Below, piece after piece: positions 1-5,969 of a DNA stretch of 5,969 nt; within the stretch, counting starts at the first letter, position 1, and each line of letters begins with the position of its first letter. The notes under the pieces are model-generated. The model made no database searches and was not told where the DNA came from. It worked only from the letters and a program-made list of their open reading frames with translations. The stretch spans positions 1-5,969 of the forward strand of contig NW_021829446.1 in the NCBI RefSeq assembly GCF_006345805.1, written 5' to 3'. Position numbers and translations under genes: made by a program. Source of the DNA: Octopus sinensis. Its lineage: Eukaryota.

Positions 1-168
1 ATCCACGCAAATCTTGAAGAGTTGTGGGAGCTCAGCCACAGTGAATGGCATCTCATACCTATGAAGATGGTGAAGGATTTGTACGCATCTCTTCCCAGGC
101 GCATTGAAGCAATTATTCAAGCTAAGGGAAGCCCCAAGAAATATTCACAATGTGCAGTAACTTCATGA
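1..168 (+). pseudogene. Tc1-family transposase, C-terminal remnant (runs off the window start)
   Basis: Frame 1 reads IHANLEELWELSHSEWHLIPMKMVKDLYASLPRRIEAIIQAKGSPKKYSQCAVTS*. LEELW...EW..IP...L..S(L/M)PRRIEAII.AKG...KY is the typical Tc1 transposase C-terminus. The original stop was probably directly after KY (TAT TCA at 142-147, possibly from TAA). A Tc1-like terminal motif follows. Confidence 0.85.
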
Positions 169-457
169 AATGAATATTATTTAATGAATTTTTATTATAG
201 ACATTTTTCTGTTTTAAACCACTGGTTTATGTGAGGTCTCCGAAAACTTTTGAGCGGCCATTTTTGGTGATCGTCTCGCATCTTCCCCGCTCATTAAGAA
301 ACCCTACTACAAAATATAAAGTTTAGATGTGGAAATGACTCCAACAGAGTCAATGTTTCATCTCTAAAAAACGCAATGCGAAACATCACCTTATACGTTG
401 GCAGTTAGTAGAAATTTACAACAGTTTAAAGTGGCCGAAAACTTTTGCACGGTATGA
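1..457 (+). mobile_element. Right end of a decayed Tc1/mariner DNA transposon; terminal region about 236-457 carries two direct repeats
   Basis: CCGAAAACTTTTG occurs at 240-252 and 435-447 (18/22 identity over 236-257 vs 431-452). The reverse complement of 431-454 is TACCGTGCAAAAGTTTTCGGCCAC, resembling Tc1 termini of the CAGTAC(C/T)GTGCAAAAGT type. The final CTG|TA is eroded (GGTATGA). Confidence 0.7.
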
Positions 458-579
458 GAGTGAGAAAAAGACGGGTAGAGACAGAGAGATATCTATGGAT
501 ACAGAAATACATACATACAAAGATGGTGGCATTTGTAAGTTTGGGAGATTATAGAGAGAAATATGTAAAGGTGCGGGAG

Positions 580-633
580 TGGCTGTGTGGTAAGTAGCTT
601 GCTAACCAACAACGTGGTTCCGGGTTCAATCCC
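580..633 (+). promoter_or_regulatory. Internal RNA Pol III type-2 promoter (A and B boxes) of the SINE head
   Basis: TGGCTGTGTGG and GGTTCAATCCC at tRNA-like spacing. Activity is unknown. Confidence 0.7.
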
Positions 634-732
634 ACTGCGTGGCACCTTGGGCAAGTGTCTTCTGCTATAGCCCCGGGCCGACCACTGCCTTGTGAGTGGA
701 TTTGGGAGACGGAAACTGAAAGAAGCCTGTCG

Positions 733-734
733 TA

Positions 735-771
<37 letters not shown>
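733..771. repeat. (TA)n microsatellite inside the SINE
   Basis: Directly visible TATATATG(TA)n...GTAT. Confidence 0.97.
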
Positions 772-773
<2 letters not shown>

Positions 774-994
774 TTGAGCGTCTGTGTTTGTCCCCCTAGC
801 ATTGCTTGACAACCGATGCTGGTGTGTTTACGTCCCCGTCACTTAGCGGTTTGGCAAAAGAGACCGATAGAATAAGTACTGGGCTTACAAAGAATAAGTC
901 CTGGGGTCGATTTGCTCGACTAAAGGCGGTTCTCCAGCATGGCCACAGTCAAATGACTGAAACAAGTAAAAGAGTAAAAGAGTAAAGAGTAAAG

Positions 995-1660
995 GAGTTG
1001 GAGAAGGAGGATGAAGGTCGTTTTCTTAATTGGATGCAAAACCCAATCCTTGACCTGAATCTGCAGATTTCGTATATAAAACCAGTGACTTTTGTGTGAA
1101 TGTTGCATGTGGATTTTCTGTGATAGATCATAAATTCTTCCTCCAAGCTTTATCCAGGCTGGTTTTAATTAAGGTTTTATTCCTTGCATCTTTAATCCCT
1201 ATGGTACGCGTTGTTCAACAAAGACTTTAAGTCGGCAACTGCCTCCCACGTGACAAAGCAAATGTTGATTATATTCGCGTCACGCTATTATACATCCTTC
1301 GCAATTTTCAACTAGCTTAAGCCAAACATCTAACTTTTTTAATCTAAACCCTTCGCTTTTTACGACCTTGCTCTACAGTTCTCAACTCTAGACTGTCTTC
1401 CAGTTGGGTCTCCTCTTGTTGGTTTTGAATTGTCATCGATGTTTTTGTTACTCTGCTTCTTTACAATAGGTAACGTTGTTGTCCCTACGCAAGTCCACTT
1501 TTACCGCTGCGAAGAGGTGATCTATGTTAGTCTAACCTCTATCCTTTGACTTGTCCAGCATAGGAAATCCTACCCAGGCGCTCCGCTGGTTTAGCTCCCA
1601 GGGTGATTGAGGCATACAAGCCTACGTATCACAACAAACACTGGAGCTTGCGGTGATTGA
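995..1660 (-). mobile_element. Probable heavily decayed 5' part of an RTE-clade LINE (leader plus start of the AP endonuclease); probably continues at about 525-569 beyond the inserted SINE
   Basis: The minus strand reads GGCTTGTATGCCTCAATCACCCTGGGAGCT...GCTGGACAAGTCAAAGGATAGAGGTTAGACTAA...GCGTAGGGACAACAACGTTACCTATTGTAAA, matching my recollection of RTE 5' leaders. Downstream, LDVW...REYNQHLLC (1253-1279) weakly resembles the endonuclease IGxWNV...RRYNLHILG. Many stops and frameshifts. Family call is unverified. Confidence 0.45.
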
Positions 1661-1663
1661 ATA

Positions 1664-1849
1664 GGTATTTCGTCTGCTGCTACGTTCTGAGTTCAAATTC
1701 CGCCGAGGTCGACTTTGCCTTTCATACTTTCGGGGTCGATTAAATAAGTACAAGTTACGCACTGGATTCCATATAATCGACTTAATCCGTTTGTCTGTCC
1801 TTGTTTGTTCCCTCTGTGTATAGCCCATTGTGGGCAGTAAAGAAATAAG
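1664..1849 (+). mobile_element. 5'-truncated SINE, family 2
   Basis: About 90% identical to 3118-3301. Retains the B box GAGTTCAAATTCC, the central GCCTTTCAT.CTTTCGGGGTCGAT and the 3' end GTAAAGAAATA, but lacks the A-box head. Confidence 0.9.
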
Positions 1850-2029
1850 AATCGTTAACCAGGCAAAATGAGCTGCAGTATTTCATCAGTTAAAATTCCG
1901 CCGTGGCCGACTTTGCCTTTCATCTTTTCTGAGGTCGATAAAATAAGTACCAGTTGAATACTGGGGATCGACATAATCGACATGCACCCTCCCTCACAAC
2001 TGCCGGCCTTTAGCCAAAATTTGAAATCT
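1848..2029 (+). mobile_element. Older family-2-related SINE monomer with a different 3' tail, fused directly to the preceding copy
   Basis: AGAATCGTTA..CAGGCAAAATG head remnant, then AAATTCCGCCG.GG.CGACTTTGCCTTTCATC.TTTC.GAGGTCGATAAAATAAGTACCAGTTG as in family 2. The tail ...GCCAAAATTTGAAATC is unrelated to the family 2 tail. Confidence 0.8.
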
Positions 2030-2224
2030 ATATAACTTGCATATTTGTTTTTATGTATGAACATCTCAAAAGTATAGTTTCTAAATAAGAGACTGCGTAT
2101 TTCAATAAATTCAGTCGAGAAAATCAATATCACCGAAGTTTCCACCGTAAATTATTAGCCATGAATAACTTTGCAAATTGAGGGACAGAAAACAATCCTG
2201 CGATTATTTCGCTTTATAAAATGA

Positions 2225-2609
2225 CTAGCAGTATCGCCCGGCGTTGCTCGGGTTTGTAAGGGAAATAACTATAAAGCATTTTTAGAGAGTTATAGCCAAA
2301 AAATAGCAAAAGAATGGAAAAAAATGATGGTAAATTTTTTTTTGAGATTTAAAAAAGGTGGAGTTGCGTCCCCTAGACAGTTTGTGGTTCGTGTTTCTGA
2401 TTCTCGACCCCATGTCGAATTTATCGATTTTTTTCAGAACTGGGGGAACTTTTCAAAATTTTCGCTGCGTTAGTTTTGAATTATGACATTGGGCTATGTG
2501 TGTGTCAAGTTTCATCAGAATCGGTTGAAAGCCGTGGTCAGGGTGAGGGTACAAGCAAACAGACACACAGAAACACGCACAGACAAACTGCCGTTTATAC
2601 AGAGAGAGA
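2225..2609 (-). mobile_element. Non-autonomous Helitron (about 385 bp)
   Basis: On the minus strand it starts A|TC (2610|2609) and ends CTAG|T (2228-2225|2224). GC-rich hairpin (plus strand CCCGGCGTTGCTCGGG, 2237-2252) lies 8 nt before CTAG. No TSD; the empty site is ...ATGA|TTTC.... A GT/CTGT-rich tract and CAACCGATTCTGATGAAACTTG (2506-2527) resemble the Lep1/MINE-type Helitron layout (recalled). Confidence 0.85.
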
Positions 2610-2720
2610 TTTCTACAACTCTTCAATGTAAGGCTTGTTCTCCACAATAAGTTCAAAGGCAATATTCGAGATTTGCCTGCGTATAAGTGGCGAGACTAAA
2701 TAAGCACATTTTAAACCCTT

Positions 2721-2759
2721 TTATATTGCCTATCAAAAGTTTAATATCTGTGATAATAT
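2721..2759 (+). repeat. Short dispersed direct repeat, copy 1 (copy 2 at 4600-4638)
   Basis: TTATATTGCCTATCAAAAGTTTAATATCTGTGATAATAT vs TTATATGGCCTATCAAAAGTTTGATATCTGTGATAATAT: 37/39 identical, with weak similarity in the flanks. Confidence 0.85.
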
Positions 2760-3067
2760 GCGAACATAACAGTATTTCGTTATGGAATATAAGTAATTCG
2801 GTCAATTAAGCAAGAACTAAACAATTTATATAACATAACTTGCATTGAAATTGTTTGGTAATGGCCGTCGCAGGTTTACAAAAAGTAGCTTTATTATCCT
2901 TAAGTATTTTCCACTTCTAGATATTAGTTTGTTGTTCTTGTACCAGTAATGTGCAATTAGTAAATATAGGAGGAGCCATGGCTGCGCGGGAGTCAAGAAA
3001 CTCGTTTTCCAGCCATGTGGTTTCGGGTTCAGTTCCAGGGTGGTACGTTCGGTAAGTATCTTTTACT

Positions 3068-3300
3068 TAAGGCGGCGAGCTGGCAGAAGCGTTAGCACAC
3101 CGGGCGAAATGCTTAGCGGTATTTCGTCTGCCGTTACGTTCTGAGTTCAAATTTCGCCGAGGTCGACTTTGCCTTTCATCCTTTCGGGGTCGATTAAATA
3201 AGTACCAGTTACGCACTGGGGTCGGTGTATCGACTTAATCCATTTGTCTGTCCTTGTTTGTTCCTTCTGTGTTTAGCCCCTTGTAGGTAGTAAAGAAATA
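3068..3300 (+). mobile_element. Full-length tRNA-derived SINE, family 2, with a 17-bp TSD
   Basis: Starts (TAA)GGCGGCGAGCTGGCAGAA with an A-box-like TGGCAGAAGCG (3081-3091) and B box GAGTTCAAATTTC (3143-3155). Flanked by a perfect GGTAAGTATCTTTTACT at 3051-3067 and 3301-3317. Confidence 0.93.
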
Positions 3301-3509
3301 GGTAAGTATCTTTTACTAGAGCCTCATGGAGATCAATGCCTTGTGGGTAAATTCAGTGAAAGGAAACTGTCAGGAAGCCCATCGTTCATGTATGTGTGAT
3401 TTTGAGTGTGTATTAATGTTTGACCCACCCACTCCACTGCCACCACTATTTGACAACAAGTGTTGGTATTTCTACGTCACGTTAACTTGTCGGTTCAGCA
3501 GAAGTAAGG

Positions 3510-3786
3510 GGGAGGAAGCACTCCGTCGGTTACGACGACGAGGGTTCCGGTTGATCCGAATCAACGGAACAGCCTGCTCGTGAAATTAACGTGTAAGTGG
3601 CTGAGCACTCCACAGACACGTGTACCCTTAACGTAGTTCTCGGGGATATTCAGCGTGACACAGAGAGTGACAAGGCCGGCCCTTTGAAATACAGGTACAA
3701 CAGAAACAGGAAGTAAGAGTGAGAGAAAGATGTGGTGAAAGAGTACAGCAGGGATCACCACCATCCCCTGCCGGAGCCTCGTGGAG
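3510..3786 (-). mobile_element. 5'-truncated SINE, family 3, with a 13-bp TSD
   Basis: Perfect AGCAGAAGTAAGG at 3497-3509 and 3787-3799; the host SINE resumes immediately after. The sequence matches my recollection of a common octopus SINE body on the minus strand lacking its tRNA head, so orientation rests on recall. Hairpin TTCC-G-GTTGAT-CCGA-ATCAAC-GGAA at 3545-3569. Confidence 0.85.
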
Positions 3787-4047
3787 AGCAGAAGTAAGGA
3801 TAGAATAAGTTAAAGGGTTTGAAAATAATTATCGGGGATAATTTGTTCGTTTAAAATAGAAGCAGTATCACTGCTTGGCCGCTCTCCAATGGCTCAAACA
3901 AGTAAATGATAGGAGATAAAATATAATACGTAATGTCTTCGTTATTTTCAGACACAAAATGAATTCCGAGTTCTCCAAAACATAAAGCAGTACCTTAAAA
4001 AGGGCTCTAATTAGGTGCTCAGTCGCCAGATGACTACCTTATATATA

Positions 4048-4349
4048 ACTCTTAACTTTCATTTGTTTCCCTCGCTACACTGCGGCCATGCTGGGGCACC
4101 GCATTGAAAGAATTTTAGTTGAATGAACTAATCCCAGTAATTATACATTTTTTTAAGCCTGATACTTATTATATCGGGCATTTTGCCGAACCGCTAAGTG
4201 ACGGGGACGTAAACACACCAGCATCGTTTGTCAATCAATGCTAGGGGGCAAACACAGACACACTTGCCCAAGGTTGCCACGCAGTGGGACTGAACCCGAA
4301 ACCATGTGGTTGGTAAGCAAGCTACTTACACACACAGCCACTCCGGCGC
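4048..4349 (-). mobile_element. Family-1 SINE, internally deleted and mosaic
   Basis: The reverse complement matches 571-660 (about 90%) joined directly to about 779-860 (about 95%), then a much more diverged 3' part (4048-4180). A and B boxes present. Both flanks are TATATATA, so the TSD is ambiguous. Confidence 0.9.
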
Positions 4350-4387
4350 TATATATATATATATAAATGTAATTCATACACACACAC

Positions 4388-4432
<45 letters not shown>

Positions 4433-4444
4433 AATATATATATA

Positions 4445-4543
<99 letters not shown>
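4350..4543. repeat. Compound interrupted (TA)n microsatellite with a short (CA)6 block (4379-4390)
   Basis: Directly visible; source of the YIYIYI ORFs. Confidence 0.98.
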
Positions 4544-4599
4544 GTCGCAGAACATGCTAAAATAGACAACAAATATCTAAGCGTCGTCCAAGCTTTATC

Positions 4600-4638
4600 T
4601 TATATGGCCTATCAAAAGTTTGATATCTGTGATAATAT
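4600..4638 (+). repeat. Short dispersed direct repeat, copy 2 (copy 1 at 2721-2759)
   Basis: 37/39 identity to 2721-2759. Confidence 0.85.
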
Positions 4639-5238
4639 ATGAAATTCACAATCGAGTATAATATAGGTGTGTTCTCATCGTCAGCTGCCCAAGCTGATAT
4701 CGCTATGGTTTCGACACCTGGGCATTAAAGCGGGTGGTGTCTGTAGCCTTAAAACATGTATACATTAGAAAGAAAGAACGAAAAGCAAAGCGTATCACCT
4801 CACAGAGCATAGATTTTATAAGGTAAACATATTTGTAGAGTAGTTCCAATGAAGTTGTCGGAGTAAATGGTGTCGTCTAAATAATAAGGGATGAAAATAC
4901 TCCAATTGTTTCCAGACTACCTGCGCATATGCTGCATATGTCGGCGAATGGAGATTTCCATATATGTATTATCTGTACTGCTGCTGTTTATATCTCGCTC
5001 AGAGATTTAATATAACATTCTCTCTTTTCTACGAGATCAGCGACGGTGAATCGCTAGAAAAATATATAGTAATTTGCGAGAGTAATGAACTTCCATCACT
5101 AGCTGGTGATTAACACACATTGAGGACGGGGCACCACTCAGAAACTCGAGTTCGTGTGTATCACATAAAGCTAGAAATGGGAGCGATGACCTCCCCTCGC
5201 AAATACTAACCGGACGCAGAATGAGTCATTCACGCCCA

Positions 5239-5320
5239 ACCACCCATGCACACGGACGCACGCACACGGACACACGTACATACACATATATATGTGTCTA
5301 TATAAATATTTATATATATT
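5239..5320. repeat. Low-complexity CACG/CACA/TA tract
   Basis: CACCCATGCACACGGACGCACGCACACGGACACACGTACATACACATATATATG... Confidence 0.7.
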
Positions 5321-5321
5321 A

Positions 5322-5714
5322 CTAGCAGTATCGCCCGGCGTTGCTCGGGTTTGTAAGGGAAATAACTATAAAGCATTTTTAGAGAGTTATAGCCAAAAAA
5401 TAACAAAAAAATGCATTAAAAATGGAAAAAATATGATGTTAATTTTTTTTGAATCGTTGACTCATCGTAGACATTTTTAGAGAGTTACTTCACTTATATT
5501 TTAAAAATATGCATTAAAATGGAAAAAAAATGATGGTAAATTATTTTAAAAATCGTAGACTCATCGTAGTTGCGCGCTAATACCCAGAAGGGCTCGATAT
5601 GAATCACGACTATAAGATACCCGGTTTTGGTTAAACTGCACCGCAAAATATGGGAGTAGTTAGGAATCTAAATCGGAGTAGACAGACACACAACCTTACT
5701 TTTATATATAAAGA
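5322..5714 (-). mobile_element. Non-autonomous Helitron (about 393 bp), second family
   Basis: On the minus strand it starts A|TCTTTATATATAAAAG (5715|5714) and ends CTAG|T (5325-5322|5321). Same hairpin at 5334-5349. Inserted between A and T in TA-rich DNA with no TSD. 5321-5402 is identical to 2224-2305. Confidence 0.88.
5374..5569. repeat. Imperfect tandem duplication of about 98 bp inside the Helitron
   Basis: Units 5374-5471 and 5472-5569 both run CATTTTTAGAGAGTTA...ATGCATTAAAA(A)TGGAAAAAA..TGATG.TAA...AATCGT.GACTCATCGTAG. Confidence 0.88.
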
Positions 5715-5900
5715 TATATATATATATATATTTATCATACTCACAGACAGATGTGTTTATATATTTACAGAGACATATATTGGATAGATCTGCTTAAACA
5801 AAATAAATATGCATGAACAAATACATACATATACGTTTATATATATAACTGCATATATATGTGCATGTGTGTGCACATAAACATATATACACATACACTT
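5715..5900. repeat. Degenerate (TA)/(TG)/(CA) low-complexity region
   Basis: TATATATA, ACATACATAT, GTGCATGTGTGTGCACA tracts. Confidence 0.75.
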
Positions 5901-5969
5901 GGAAGCAGACTACAGTGTAATTGTATATATAGCAGGGCTTGCCGACGCATTTGAAAATCCAATCACAAT

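Larger units (their letters stand above)
570..994 (+). mobile_element. Full-length tRNA-derived SINE, family 1 (CORE-type, octopus OR-like)
   Basis: A box TGGCTGTGTGG (580-590), B box GGTTCAATCCC (623-633), CCTTGGGCAAGT core-like motif, internal (TA)n, and a tandem (GAGTAAAA)-type tail at about 965-994. GTAAAGG occurs at both junctions (565-571, 989-995): a short TSD or microhomology. Homologous copies at 2969-3910 and 4048-4349. Confidence 0.92.
2969..3910 (+). mobile_element. Old, diverged family-1 SINE split into three pieces (about 2969-3067, 3318-3509, 3800-3910) by two younger insertions
   Basis: The pieces are collinear with 570-994: degenerate A box and B box GGTTCAGTTCC, GGTAAGTATCTTTTACT/AGAGCCTC, GCCTTGTG, GGAAACTG..AGGAAGCCC, TTGACAAC, ATAGAATAAGT, TTGTTCG, TGGCCGC, AAACAAGTAAA. 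Outer ends are approximate. Confidence 0.8.

Noticed and set aside
570-645. tRNA-like sequences (also 3071-3160 and 4275-4349)
   Set aside because: A/B boxes without a proper cloverleaf, continuing into repeated SINE bodies; these are SINE heads, not tRNA genes.
549-812. ORF-track proteins with YIYI runs (549-812, 4231-4572, 4306-4506, 5292-5480)
   Set aside because: Translations of (TA)n tracts, SINE or Helitron sequence; no protein-like composition.
523-1099. Removing the SINE joins the flanks into a 50-codon ORF, MVAFVSLGDYREKYVKELEKEDEGRFLNWMQNPILDLNLQISYIKPVTFV
   Set aside because: Short, unrecognised, and antisense to the probable RTE remnant. A BLASTP/TBLASTN hit would be needed to revive it.
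1142-1154. 13-bp match TCCAAGCTTTATC with 4587-4599
   Set aside because: Expected by chance in 6 kb of AT-rich DNA, with no extension.
2512-2518. Hammerhead core CTGATGA on the minus strand (also 1883-1889)
   Set aside because: No stem II followed by GAAA; part of the Helitron internal motif or SINE decay.
2731-2755. Resemblance to U2 snRNA (TATCAGTTTAATATCTGATA); AGTTTAATATCTG is identical
   Set aside because: Needs two insertions, and there is no flanking U2 sequence such as the GTGTAGTA branch-recognition region or Sm site.
1622-3764. Other short ORFs (920-1108, 949-1146, 1622-1828, 1855-2145, 2453-2662, 3326-3583, 3561-3764)
   Set aside because: They lie within or across repeat boundaries, have no recognisable domain, and their lengths are consistent with chance.
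3051-3799. Spaced short direct repeats suggesting a CRISPR-like array
   Set aside because: Two different pairs flanking SINEs; they are target-site duplications in eukaryotic DNA.
3938-4014. Acceptor-like TTCGTTATTTTCAG followed by TQNEFRVLQNIKQYLKKGSN*
   Set aside because: Only 20 codons, no recognisable homology and no strong donor; needs RNA-seq.
4769-4822. 54-bp AG...AAG|GTAAAC candidate exon, open in two frames
   Set aside because: No polypyrimidine tract at the acceptor, and purine-rich low complexity explains the open frames.
5930-5969. CAGGGCTTGCC as a possible hAT terminus
   Set aside because: Too short and cut off by the window edge; no partner TIR or TSD is visible.

Overview
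AT-rich eukaryotic non-coding DNA, roughly 70% transposable-element derived, with no supportable intact gene. The SINE set looks like that of Octopus or a related coleoid cephalopod (recognised from memory, not searched). In order: the decayed right end of a Tc1 transposon (transposase C-terminus plus an apparent two-direct-repeat, IR/DR-type terminus, 1-457); a tRNA-derived CORE-type SINE (570-994) inserted into a probable decayed RTE LINE 5' region (about 525-1660, minus); two fused monomers of a second SINE family (1664-2029); a non-autonomous Helitron (2225-2609, minus); an old SINE (2969-3910) split by two younger SINEs with clean 17-bp and 13-bp target-site duplications; a mosaic, internally deleted SINE (4048-4349, minus); a long (TA)n tract; and a second Helitron (5322-5714, minus) that shares an 82-bp identical 3' end with the first but has an unrelated 5' part. 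All supplied ORFs are explained by microsatellites or repeats. I cannot support a wholly new biological system. The best leads are the Helitron shared end, a structured module shared by two SINE families, the IR/DR Tc1 end, and a possibly structured RTE leader. Alignments and counts were done by hand.
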